Below, one piece after another: positions 18,999 to 28,295 of a stretch of DNA of 64,000 nt. The position numbers were made by a program, and so were the translations under genes. The notes beneath the pieces are model-generated. The model had not been told where the DNA came from and searched no databases. It saw nothing but the letters and a program-made list of their open reading frames with translations. This stretch comes from Alcaligenes sp. GTDB taxonomy: Bacteria; Pseudomonadota; Gammaproteobacteria; Burkholderiales; Burkholderiaceae_B. Within the stretch, counting starts at the first letter, position 1, and every line of letters begins with the position of its first letter. The stretch is taken from assembly GCA_052109075.1 (NCBI GenBank), contig JBQEAN010000004.1, positions 15,692 to 79,691 of the forward strand. The letters run 5' to 3'.

Positions 18999-21900
18999 CA
19001 CGTATCTTGAGTCTGATCTTCAGTCGCAGCGTATGGACCTTCGTGGGTGTGTTGATTTTGCTGGTGCTGATCTGGTTGCTGGGGCCATTGCTGGCCATTG
19101 GCCAGACCCGGCCGCTTGACACGGAGTTGTCGCGCTGGATTGCGATGGCACTGGTGCTGGCCTTTTGGCTATTGCGCTTGCTGTGGCGGAGTTGGCGTGA
19201 AGGCCGCTTGAATGCACAGTTGCTGGGGCAGCTAAGCCGTCCGACGCAAAAGACGGCGCCACCAGGCAATACAGCTAGTCCTCATCCCTTGCAGGGCCAG
19301 TTTGATGAGGCTATTGAACTGCTCAAACGGATTCGATTTGGCTCGCATATGGGCGGGCGTTTGCGCTCCTTGTTGTCGCGTCAGTACGTGTATCAACTGC
19401 CTTGGTATGTTTTCATCGGTGCGCCCGGAGCGGGTAAAACCACGGCGTTGGTCAATTCTGGTTTGCAGTTTCCCTTGTCTGAACGCTACGGTAAAACCTC
19501 TTTACGTGGCGTCGGTGGGACTCGTAATTGCGATTGGTGGTTTACCGATGAGGCTGTGCTGCTGGATACGGCAGGCCGCTACACCACGCATGAAAGCGAT
19601 CCGGTGGGCGACGAGCAGGAGTGGCGCGGTTTCCTGGGTCTGCTCAAACGCTACCGTCGTAGGCAACCGATTAATGGCACCTTGCTGACCATTAGCGTGC
19701 CAGATTTGTTGGCGAGCACCCCTGCACAGCGGCACGACCACGCACAGGTATTGCGCCAGCGCTTGGCGGAGTTACGAGAGCGCTTGGGCATTCAGTTTCC
19801 GATCTATGTGTTGGTCACCAAAATGGATTTGCTCCAAGGCTTTCAGGAGTATTTTGATCATTGCGATCGCCAGGAGTTGGAGCAAGTCTGGGGTTTTACA
19901 CTGCCTTATGAAAACTCGCGTGAGGCGGGCTTTTCTTTGTCCCATACCTATGGGCGCGAGTATGCAGCGCTGCATCAGCGGCTGGAGCGAGGATTGACGG
20001 CTGTGATGGCCGAGCAGTCTGACGAAAGTGTACGTACTGAAGCCTATCTGCTGCCGCAACAGTTCGCACGCTTGGGGCCAGTGTTGGAAGAGTTTCTGGA
20101 GCAGGTATTTAGCCAGTCTCGTTTCGAGGCACCGCTTTTACTACGTGGTGTGTACTTCACCAGTGGTCGACAAGGTGGGGTGCGACTGGATCAAGTTCGG
20201 GACTCCATGCGGGAGTATCTGGAAGTGGATGTGCAGGCCGATCAGGGGCAAACCGTGGCAGGCCAGGGCCGCAGTTATTTCCTGACACAGCTGCTGAAAG
20301 AGCTGATTTTTCAGGAAGCCGGGGTAGCAGGCCGGGATGAGCGCTGGGAGCGTCGTGTGCGTTTGCGCCATTTTCTGGTTTACGGTCTGGTCGCGGTGGG
20401 CGTGTTGTTATTGGCTTTGGCGTGGAGCCGCAGCTTTCTGCTGAATCGCAGCTATGTGGAGCAGGTGCAGGAGCGGGTGCCACAAGCCCAGCAACAGGCC
20501 GATCAAACACAGGTGCTCGATACCACTCCCGCGGTGGGGCTGTTGCCTTTGCTGAATATGTTGTCGCTATTGCCGCAAAGCGATCAATTTCCCTTGGATG
20601 CTCCCGGTCTGGAGCGCCGCATGGGCCTGTATCAGGGCGAGAAGATGAAAGCCGCCGCTGATACCGTCTATCAACGCGCGTTGGAGAAGCTGCTGGCTCC
20701 GTTATTGGCGCGCCGTATCGAAACGGTATTGCGTAGCGAGCAGGCTCAGGATCTGGAGTATGGCTACGAAGCCTTGCGTGCGTATCTGATGCTGTATGAC
20801 ACGCGGCGCTATGATGCCGCCCACTTGCAGACTTGGTTGCTGGGCAGCCTGAAACAGGATCTGCCTGCTGGCTTTACCCAGGCGCAATACGACAGTTTGG
20901 AAAGCCATGTGCGTGCGGTGACTCAGGCAGGCTTGCTGCTGAACCCTTTCCCTCGCAATGAGGCCTTGATTGAGCAAAGCCGGGAACGCTTGGCGCGCAT
21001 TAGCCTGGAGCAGCGTACCTATAGCCGCATGCGTCGCATTTTGGCCACAACCCCGGGCCTGAGGCTTATGTCGGTCTCGGGCATGGCGGGGCCTTACGCC
21101 GCCTCTGTGTTCAAACGTCAAAGTGGCAAACCCCTGACTGAAGGGGTGGATGGACTGTATACCTATGAGGGGTACTGGACAGTGGTCGAGCCGCGCATCG
21201 ACAGTGAGTTGCAACAAATGCGAGGGGACGACCGCTGGATACTGGGGATTGACACTGGCGCCGGCCAGTCCGAGGCCGCTCGTCGTGCCGCTAGCCAGGA
21301 GTTGCGTCGCTTGTATCTGCTGGATTATGTGCGTGTGTGGGACGAGTACCTGGCCGATTTGCGCTTGCTTCAAGGTGGCAGTTTGTTGGAAAACATTCAG
21401 TTGGCTCGTACCTTGTCGATGGCCGACTCGCCCTTGAAGCAACTGGTGCAACAAGTGGCCTTGCAGACCCGGTTGCTGCGTGAGGCGGCGCAGCAGGGTG
21501 CTTCCTTGGGAGCACAGGCCAAGGTCAGGTTGGACGATACCCGGCAGGCGCTGGAGCAGATGTTTGGTCCGGTGGGCCTGGAAGGTAGTCGCCGCAACGA
21601 GCCCCAGGCCCGGCAGGTGGAGGCGATTGTGGATCAGCATTTTGAGCCTTATCACCGCTTGGCTTCCAGTAGCGGCGGGGCACCGGCTCCTATTGATGGC
21701 ACCTTGGAGTTGCTGGACGAGTTCTATGCGTTTCTGACCTCGTCGGATGCGGCTTTGCGTAGTGCAGGGACACCACCGCAATCCAACGTGCTGACTAAAT
21801 TGCAAGCGGAGGCCGGTCGCTTGCCTGGGCCTTTGCGTGATGCCTTGGATCAGTTTTCGGTGGGTGCCTCTGCTGAGATTGCCTCCCGTACCCAAGCCAG

Positions 21901-22594
21901 TCTGGGGCAGTTGGTCAACGCCACCATAGGCCAGTTTTGCCGCAGTGCGATTGCGGGGCGTTATCCCTTTGCGACTCAATCCAGCCAGGATGTTGCACCC
22001 AATGATTTTGCTCGCATGTTTGCGCCCGGTGGTTTGATGGATGCTTTTTTCCAAGAGCATCTGATGCACCAAGTGGATATGTCTGGCGGACGTTGGCGCT
22101 TCAAGCCGGGCATAGACGGGCAGGCGGCTGCCAACTTCCGTTATTTGGACGCTTTCCAGCGAGCCGCGGTGATTCGGGATGTGTTTTTCCCGGCAGGCAG
22201 TACGCAGCCACGAATTGATTTGGCTTTCACACCCGTGCAGTTGGATGCGGAGCTATCGCAGGTGCTGTTGGATGTAGATGGTCAGGTGCTGCGCTATGCG
22301 CATGGCCCGCAGATAGCCTTGGGTGTGCAGTGGCCGGGCCCGCGTGGGGGCCGTCAGGTCAGTTTGGAAGCACAGCCGCAGTCGGAGGGCGCAGGGATGC
22401 GGGCAAGTGGGGCTTGGGCGCTGTTGCGCTTGTTGGATAAGGCACAGCCTGTGTCGGGCGCGTCATCAGGTGCCCAGCGCTTGTTTTTTTCCTTGGGAAG
22501 CCGCCAGTTTGTGGTGGATGTAGTAGCCAATAGCTCCAGAAATCCGTGGCGTTTGGCGGAGATGAGAGGTTTTAGCTGCCCTGGGAGCCATTGA
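18995..22594 (+). CDS. tssM: T6SS membrane subunit TssM/IcmF
   Basis: Three TM segments, LPWY, Walker A GAPGAGKT, CDWWF, DTAGRY, RGVYFTS and GRYPF. Confidence 0.97.
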   Translation: MTRILSLIFSRSVWTFVGVLILLVLIWLLGPLLAIGQTRPLDTELSRWIAMALVLAFWLLRLLWRSWREGRLNAQLLGQLSRPTQKTAPPGNTASPHPLQGQFDEAIELLKRIRFGSHMGGRLRSLLSRQYVYQLPWYVFIGAPGAGKTTALVNSGLQFPLSERYGKTSLRGVGGTRNCDWWFTDEAVLLDTAGRYTTHESDPVGDEQEWRGFLGLLKRYRRRQPINGTLLTISVPDLLASTPAQRHDHAQVLRQRLAELRERLGIQFPIYVLVTKMDLLQGFQEYFDHCDRQELEQVWGFTLPYENSREAGFSLSHTYGREYAALHQRLERGLTAVMAEQSDESVRTEAYLLPQQFARLGPVLEEFLEQVFSQSRFEAPLLLRGVYFTSGRQGGVRLDQVRDSMREYLEVDVQADQGQTVAGQGRSYFLTQLLKELIFQEAGVAGRDERWERRVRLRHFLVYGLVAVGVLLLALAWSRSFLLNRSYVEQVQERVPQAQQQADQTQVLDTTPAVGLLPLLNMLSLLPQSDQFPLDAPGLERRMGLYQGEKMKAAADTVYQRALEKLLAPLLARRIETVLRSEQAQDLEYGYEALRAYLMLYDTRRYDAAHLQTWLLGSLKQDLPAGFTQAQYDSLESHVRAVTQAGLLLNPFPRNEALIEQSRERLARISLEQRTYSRMRRILATTPGLRLMSVSGMAGPYAASVFKRQSGKPLTEGVDGLYTYEGYWTVVEPRIDSELQQMRGDDRWILGIDTGAGQSEAARRAASQELRRLYLLDYVRVWDEYLADLRLLQGGSLLENIQLARTLSMADSPLKQLVQQVALQTRLLREAAQQGASLGAQAKVRLDDTRQALEQMFGPVGLEGSRRNEPQARQVEAIVDQHFEPYHRLASSSGGAPAPIDGTLELLDEFYAFLTSSDAALRSAGTPPQSNVLTKLQAEAGRLPGPLRDALDQFSVGASAEIASRTQASLGQLVNATIGQFCRSAIAGRYPFATQSSQDVAPNDFARMFAPGGLMDAFFQEHLMHQVDMSGGRWRFKPGIDGQAAANFRYLDAFQRAAVIRDVFFPAGSTQPRIDLAFTPVQLDAELSQVLLDVDGQVLRYAHGPQIALGVQWPGPRGGRQVSLEAQPQSEGAGMRASGAWALLRLLDKAQPVSGASSGAQRLFFSLGSRQFVVDVVANSSRNPWRLAEMRGFSCPGSH

Positions 22595-22595
22595 A

Positions 22596-23327
22596 ATGCG
22601 CGAGGACGATTTTGACTCCAGTCTGGTGGTGATGTGGTACGGCAAGATTCCTGCAATGGGAGACTTTGTGCGCAGGCGCATGCCCGATCCCATTTTATTG
22701 CCTTGGGAGCGCTGGTTCAACAGTGGAGTCAGCCAGATTCGCTCGACTGGCAGGCCTGTTGGGCAACGTGTGCCTGTACATGCCTGGGGTTTTCTCAGGT
22801 CCTTGCCGCAGGGTGGTGTCCAGGCGGGGGCAGTGTTGCCCAGTCAGGACAGGGTCGGGCGAGAGTATCTGGTCTGTGCGTTGGTGCCGTTGGATATCGG
22901 GCAGTGTCAGCGTGTGCGTCTGCCTGTACTGGCCAGCATGGTCGAGCAGTTGGGCCTGTCCTTACAACAAGGGGTGCGCTTTTGCTGGGCGGCGACACAA
23001 CTGGATCAGACCTTGTGCAGTGCCATGCCTGTTGCTGGTTTATTGGCCAAGAGTGTCTCGGCCAAGCTTGAACTGCGTGATGCAGGACAGGATATTTTGG
23101 ATGTTTTGTACGGCTCTCAAGCTATGTCCGTGCAGCAAGATCCTTGGGCTGTATTGCAACCGTGTCTGGAGCCTGGCTCCCATCGCAGTTACTGGTGGTG
23201 TCTGGGTATGAATAATCCAAGCTGGCGCAGCGTGACGCACAGTGGCGAGTTAAGTCTGGCCCTGTTTCGGCGGCTGTTTGTGTCAGCGGCGGCAGATGCA
23301 GAAGGCCGCTTTTTTCAACCATGGTGA
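22596..23327 (+). CDS. tagF: T6SS post-translational repressor TagF (no fused PP2C domain)
   Basis: WYGKIPAMGDFV, PSQDRVGREY and SYWW. Confidence 0.88.
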   Translation: MREDDFDSSLVVMWYGKIPAMGDFVRRRMPDPILLPWERWFNSGVSQIRSTGRPVGQRVPVHAWGFLRSLPQGGVQAGAVLPSQDRVGREYLVCALVPLDIGQCQRVRLPVLASMVEQLGLSLQQGVRFCWAATQLDQTLCSAMPVAGLLAKSVSAKLELRDAGQDILDVLYGSQAMSVQQDPWAVLQPCLEPGSHRSYWWCLGMNNPSWRSVTHSGELSLALFRRLFVSAAADAEGRFFQPW

Positions 23328-23335
23328 GATCCTTC

Positions 23336-24679
23336 ATGAAACATACGGCTTCTGCCAAGGACGCACAGGGTCGCCCCTTGGAGCTGATCCTGGATTCTTT
23401 GCTGTTGGATCAGCGGTTGGTGATTTTGGACCAGTTAGCCCTGCAGCTAGCCGAGCTGCACGAGCAACAACAATGGTACGGCGCGCTGGGGTTGGATACG
23501 GTTGTATTGAGCGATGAAGGCCTGGTTCAGTTATTGCCGTTGGAGCAGTGCATACACAGGCGCAGTCTGGCGCAAGCCCGTGCTCACGGAAAAACGTTTG
23601 ATGAGCCGTGTGCGGCACCCGAGCAATATGTGGATGACCCTTTGCAGCCTGCAGGCCCTTGGACGGATGTGTATGGCTACGCAGCCTTGCGCTGGCAGTT
23701 AATGACGGGCATGCCGTTGATGGCAGCGCCCTGGCGACAACTGCAGGATCCGGTGGTGATGGACGAGGATGCAGATGGGCCTACGCAGGCGATGGTGCAG
23801 GGCCTGGCCTTGGACTGGGTGCAGCGTCCTCAATCCATGTCTTCGTATCGGCGATTGGAACGCTTGGGGCAGGTGCCTGAATCGGTGTCCGAGCAAGCTT
23901 CTGCCGCGCAACCGGTGCTGCCCGTTACACTCGAGCACCGCTCTACCTTGCCGTTTTGGCTGGCCGGTTTGGCCGTGCTGGCGTTGGCGGGACTGGGGGG
24001 GGTGTATTGGGAAGCGGGTGGTGAGATAGCCGGACCCTCCGTAGCGCAGCCAGACTCTGATCGCCCTACGGTGGCGCAGCACCAAGCTGAAGAGCGGCTA
24101 CAAAAGCCGGGAACCGGTATGCCGGTGCAGGTGGGAGAGCTTGAGCGCAAACCGGACAATGTGGCACCCTTAGAAGTGGAGGCCGCACCCGCGGGCATCG
24201 CCGCTACCCTAGGGACTCAGCCAGGGTCAGAACAGCAAGTCGAGCCACAACCGGAGTTAAATGTAACGTCCGGGTCAAGTGCTTTGCTGCCTGTGTTGTC
24301 GGCGCAAGCAGAAACCTTGCTTGATGAGGCGGGCCGTGTCGCCTTGGAGGATCATGCCGCCGGAACAGATGGGGTGGCGGCAGTTAAACAAGACGAAGTA
24401 TTGGAGCCGTCCGCACAGGTCGCCCAGGTGGAGCAACTGGAGCCTGTCGCCGCTAAGCCTGCGCCGCCTGCCAAGGGTGCCGTCGCCTTGGATGTGCGCC
24501 CGTGGGGCGAGGTCTACGTGAACGGTCGCAAGCAGGGTGTCAGCCCGCCTTTGAAGTCTTTGTCCTTGGCCCCGGGCTCGCACCGCATCGTCATTAAAAA
24601 TGCGGGTTTGCCGACATTCAGTACAACGATACGCGTTCGCTCAGGAAAGACGGCCAGCGTCAGTCATGAATTTAAGTAG
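23336..24679 (+). CDS. PpkA-like membrane pseudokinase: kinase C-lobe remnant, TM helix, low-complexity linker, PEGA-like domain
   Basis: APEQY and WTDVYG (subdomains VIII and IX) are retained. There is no Gly-loop, VAIK, HRD or DFG. The C-terminus reads PWGEVYVNG..GVSPPL..L..G.H. The start is 23321 or 23336. Confidence 0.72.
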   Translation: MKHTASAKDAQGRPLELILDSLLLDQRLVILDQLALQLAELHEQQQWYGALGLDTVVLSDEGLVQLLPLEQCIHRRSLAQARAHGKTFDEPCAAPEQYVDDPLQPAGPWTDVYGYAALRWQLMTGMPLMAAPWRQLQDPVVMDEDADGPTQAMVQGLALDWVQRPQSMSSYRRLERLGQVPESVSEQASAAQPVLPVTLEHRSTLPFWLAGLAVLALAGLGGVYWEAGGEIAGPSVAQPDSDRPTVAQHQAEERLQKPGTGMPVQVGELERKPDNVAPLEVEAAPAGIAATLGTQPGSEQQVEPQPELNVTSGSSALLPVLSAQAETLLDEAGRVALEDHAAGTDGVAAVKQDEVLEPSAQVAQVEQLEPVAAKPAPPAKGAVALDVRPWGEVYVNGRKQGVSPPLKSLSLAPGSHRIVIKNAGLPTFSTTIRVRSGKTASVSHEFK

Positions 24680-24709
24680 ACAGGGAGAGCATAAGGCGGC
24701 GTAGCCACC

Positions 24710-25585
24710 TTATACCGCTTTGCGCTTGCCGATCAGACCTGTCGCCAGCAGGGTGCCAAACAAGACAGTGCTCATGCCAATTAGCATTTGGGCGGTCAGG
24801 GCTTCGTCCAATAGCAGAGCGCCCCAGAGCACCCCGAATGGCGGCACCAGAAAGGTGACGGTAATGGTTTTGGATGGGCCTACATTGGATAGCAGGCGGT
24901 AGAAGATCAGATAGGCGACAGCGGTACACAGCAAAGAGAGAGACAGCGCTGCGCCCCAGGCATGTAGGCCGGGAAGCTGTGTAGGCCACCAAAAAATAGC
25001 AACGGGCAGCAAGATCAAGGTCGCACTGACCATACTACCCGCGGCCACGGCTTGTGGTTGTACGCCTCGCAGATACCGGGCAGTAAAGTTGGCCGCAATC
25101 CCATAGAACACCGTCGCTAGCAATGAGGCCAGCACGGCCCAGCCTGCGGCTCCTTGGTTAAAGCTGAGCTTGTCGTAGACCAGAATCAAGATCCCTAGAA
25201 AGCCCAGGCAGAGTCCCAGGATGCGGTTGCGTGTCAGACGCTCTTTCAGCCAAACGCGGGCGACCAGTGCGCCAAACAAAGGGGCCATAGCGTTCAAGAC
25301 GGCTAATAGCCCTGATTCCAGCCGCAGGGCGGCAAAGGCGTACAAGGAGAAAGGGACGGCAGCATTTAGTACCCCCAAGGCAAAGATCGGTTTCCAGTTC
25401 GCCAGAAAATCAGGCAAGCGTCCCGTCACGGTGATGTAGCTCATCAAAGCTAAGGCACTGACACCAACACGTACTGCCGTCAGCGGGAAGGGGCCAAACT
25501 CCGGGACCGCTTGAAGCGTAAATAAAAACGAGCTGCCCCAGATGGCAGCTAGCAGGAATAAATCGCGTAAGTCTTTGGGGGCCAT
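24710..25585 (-). CDS. EamA/DMT family transporter
   Basis: About 10 TM helices with AIWGSSF, LKERL and VTFLVP.FGVLWG. ATG 25585 is preferred as the start. Confidence 0.9.
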   Translation of the reverse strand: MAPKDLRDLFLLAAIWGSSFLFTLQAVPEFGPFPLTAVRVGVSALALMSYITVTGRLPDFLANWKPIFALGVLNAAVPFSLYAFAALRLESGLLAVLNAMAPLFGALVARVWLKERLTRNRILGLCLGFLGILILVYDKLSFNQGAAGWAVLASLLATVFYGIAANFTARYLRGVQPQAVAAGSMVSATLILLPVAIFWWPTQLPGLHAWGAALSLSLLCTAVAYLIFYRLLSNVGPSKTITVTFLVPPFGVLWGALLLDEALTAQMLIGMSTVLFGTLLATGLIGKRKAV

Positions 25586-25742
25586 GGGTTCGGGTCGGTG
25601 GCGGCGGTCCGCATGGGCCGCATAACAGCGCTGATTGTAATCCTCCTGCTGAGGCGCGGACACCGGGTCTTGGTGTGCAAGGTGCTGGTCTGAAACCCCT
25701 TGACTCTTTAAACCGACGGATCGTTATCAATAGCACGCCATG

Positions 25743-25780
25743 AAAAACTGGCCTGCCTCATGACGAGACCGGCCAGTTTT
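25743..25780 (-). terminator. Intrinsic terminator after the NCS2 permease (possibly bidirectional)
   Basis: AAAAACTGGCC ... GGCCAGTTTT inverted repeat 24 bp past the stop codon. Confidence 0.75.
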
Positions 25781-25803
25781 AAGAACAGCTTTACGGTCGT
25801 AAT

Positions 25804-27294
25804 TTATGCTTCGGCGTGCTTGGCTGCGTCCACTGCGGCTTGCGTATCTTCTTTAGCGCCATTGAAGAACACGTTCAATAGCACGGCAGCAATCGAAGTC
25901 AACAGAATACCGGACTCGATTAGCGGGTGAATGGCGTGAGGCATCCACTGCATGTAGTTGGGAGCGACCAAGGGAATCATGCCGACCCCAATGGAGATAG
26001 CCACAATCATGGAGTTATTGCGGTTGGTCTTGTAATCCACATTGGACAGGATGCGAATGCCCGTGGCGGTCACCATGCCGAACATCACAATGCCAGCACC
26101 ACCCAATACAACGGTGGGCAGGGATTCAACCAGAGCGGCCATCTTGGGCAGCAGGCCCAGCACAATCAGGATGACACCGCCGGCCACGCAGACAAAGCGG
26201 CTGCGCACACCCGTGACTGCAACCAGACCTACGTTTTGCGAGAAGCTGGAGTAGGGGAAGGTATTGAAGATACCGCCCAGCAAGGTGCCCAGGCCATCGG
26301 TACGCAGACCGCGTGCCAGATCTTTCTGATCCACTTTCTTGCCTGTCATGTCGCTCAAGGCCAGGAACATGCCAGTGGATTCAATCAGCACCACAATCAT
26401 GACCAGTGTCATGGTCGCAATGTGCAGGGGGTTGAATTTGGGCATGCCAAAGTGGAAGGGCAACACCAGGTCAACCCAAGCAGCGTTAGCTACTTTCTCG
26501 TAGGTCATGATGCCCATGGCCGAGGCCACAACGGCACCGATGATAATGCCCAGCAAAACAGCCACGTTGGCTAAAAATCCCTTGCAGAACTTGGCGATCA
26601 GCAAGATGGATGTCAGCACGATGGCGGCAATGCCCAGGCCCGTCAGGTTCGCGTAGCGCGGGTTGGGTACCGTCGCCTTCAAGGCCAGCCCTTCAGGGAG
26701 CGGGGGCAGGGCAGAGCCGGGCATGGCTGCAGCGGATTGAGCGTGCTGTATCCAGGCCAGGTGGTCAGGGTTGATGACACTGGGGGCGGTAGGGCCAAAC
26801 GGATTACCGAAAATCCAGTTGATCCCCACGCGCATCAGCGTAATACCGATCATGACAATAATCGTGCCCGTCACCACAGGAGGGAAAAAGCGCAGCATTC
26901 GGCTGACTGTGGGCGCAATGATCATGGTGATAATGCCCGCCCCGATTACCGTGCCAAAGAGCAGTTGGGCTCCCTCATGTCCAGGATTGGCCTGAGCCAT
27001 GGAGACCATTGGGCCTACAGCTGCAAAAGTCACGCCCATCATGACAGGCAGTTTGATACCAAAGTACTGCGTAAAACCCATCGATTGAATGATGGATACG
27101 ATGCCGCATACAAACAAGTCAGCGGCAATCAGGATAGATACTTCTTCAGACGTCAAATTCAGTGCTCGGCCCACAATTAGTGGAACCGCGACGGCACCGG
27201 CGTACATTACCAAAACGTGTTGCAGGCCCAGTGCCGCCAGCCTGCCGTTTGGTAATCGTTCGTCGACGGGTGCGGTGGTCGCGTTCGTACCCAT
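25804..27294 (-). CDS. NCS2/NAT family purine (xanthine/urate-type) permease
   Basis: GLQH in TM1, FPPVVTG, and the NAT signature SQNVGLVAVTG with Gln. Confidence 0.93.
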   Translation of the reverse strand: MGTNATTAPVDERLPNGRLAALGLQHVLVMYAGAVAVPLIVGRALNLTSEEVSILIAADLFVCGIVSIIQSMGFTQYFGIKLPVMMGVTFAAVGPMVSMAQANPGHEGAQLLFGTVIGAGIITMIIAPTVSRMLRFFPPVVTGTIIVMIGITLMRVGINWIFGNPFGPTAPSVINPDHLAWIQHAQSAAAMPGSALPPLPEGLALKATVPNPRYANLTGLGIAAIVLTSILLIAKFCKGFLANVAVLLGIIIGAVVASAMGIMTYEKVANAAWVDLVLPFHFGMPKFNPLHIATMTLVMIVVLIESTGMFLALSDMTGKKVDQKDLARGLRTDGLGTLLGGIFNTFPYSSFSQNVGLVAVTGVRSRFVCVAGGVILIVLGLLPKMAALVESLPTVVLGGAGIVMFGMVTATGIRILSNVDYKTNRNNSMIVAISIGVGMIPLVAPNYMQWMPHAIHPLIESGILLTSIAAVLLNVFFNGAKEDTQAAVDAAKHAEA

Positions 27295-27406
27295 GAAATG
27301 TCTCCAGAGTGGATTAATTATTAGATGTAGCTATGTCAATGTAACGGCGTGCGACAGGCGGGCCATAAGATAATTCGTATAGAGCCTAGGTGGGCAAGAC
27401 TATAAA

Positions 27407-27422
27407 TGAGGGATAACCCTCA
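27407..27422. promoter_or_regulatory. Palindromic operator-like site upstream of the NCS2 gene
   Basis: TGAGGG-ATAA-CCCTCA, with a degenerate copy TAAGGGAAAACACTGC at 27459-27474. Confidence 0.5.
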
Positions 27423-27509
27423 AGAAAAATGCCCGAACCTGGGTTTTTGAGGAATAGCTAAGGGAAAACACTGCTGTGGAGGTACATCGTCAGGCAAGGC
27501 GGCGGATCG

Positions 27510-27519
27510 TTGTATACGA
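27510..27519. promoter_or_regulatory. Candidate GntR/FadR-family operator
   Basis: TTGTATACGA, one mismatch from the palindrome TTGTATACAA, upstream of a purine permease. Confidence 0.35.
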
Positions 27520-27779
27520 GCACTAGCAGTCGGTTTGCGCTCGTCGTGTGGCTGTGGTGTTTGTATCAAAAATGTTTTTATGAACACGGCTGGGCGGCCG
27601 TGTTGTGCCAGAAGGAAGGCACAGCAGTGTCAGTTATGACTGGGGTGTAAGCCTGCGAGAGACTGCGATAGGGCTTGTCCAGCGCCTTTTGGGCAGCATC
27701 GGATTGTTACAGTGCACACCTGCTGCATTTCAATTCTTTATGGATTAGTACAAGTGCGTAATGGTAATATCCCTAACTA

Positions 27780-28295
27780 CAAAACTTTTTGATGTGCTGG
27801 AAATTGCTGTTAAGAGCAAAGTGTTTTCTTGGTAAATAAAAGTCTTTGTTTAATATGGGATTTGGGTTTTTATTCTGAAGATGGTGGCTGAAGAATGAAA
27901 CGTCTTTGATAGTTCTCCTAGTGTCTTGGCCAAGTTGTCATGAACAGTGCACTTAAATCTTGGTTGTTTTTAAACCCTGGTTTTTATTTTTTAAAAATAA
28001 ATAAAATAATATTGTCAGTGGATTTTTGAATTGGATATTTTATTTAATTGTATTTTTATTTAAATTAAAATTGCAAATAAATGATATCTAATTGGCTAAG
28101 GTTTATATAAACCTAGCACAATAACTATTTGTAAGCTGTGGTAGCTAAATGTAATTTTCGCCATTGTTTACTGGTGTGCTGCCTGTGACGCGTCTGTGTC
28201 AGAAGTGGTCATCCAAAATAGCGTTTATTCAAATATGACTATTCTGCACTCCGGAGTGGCAGGGCGAGTCAGTAAAGATCGAAAGGGTAGGGTGC
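27780..28295 (+). promoter_or_regulatory. Very AT-rich promoter/leader region of the capsule operon, with a 16-bp palindrome at 28099-28114
   Basis: Long A/T tracts, no ORF, and the palindrome AGGTTTAT-ATAAACCT. Confidence 0.6.

Noticed and set aside
17859-22072. Long minus-strand ORFs at 17859-19001 (380 aa) and 20702-22072 (456 aa)
   Set aside because: They are antisense shadows of tssL and tssM with no protein-family signal.
27295-27580. Purine or xanthine riboswitch upstream of the NCS2 permease
   Set aside because: I could not recognise the conserved aptamer cores by eye, and operator-like palindromes explain the region better. An Rfam scan would settle it.
28139-28149. TGGTAGCTAAA resembling the first half of an enterobacterial JUMPstart element
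   Set aside because: The ops core GGCGGTAGnnTG does not follow. The GGCGGTAG at 37101 is inside wcbT and lacks the TG.
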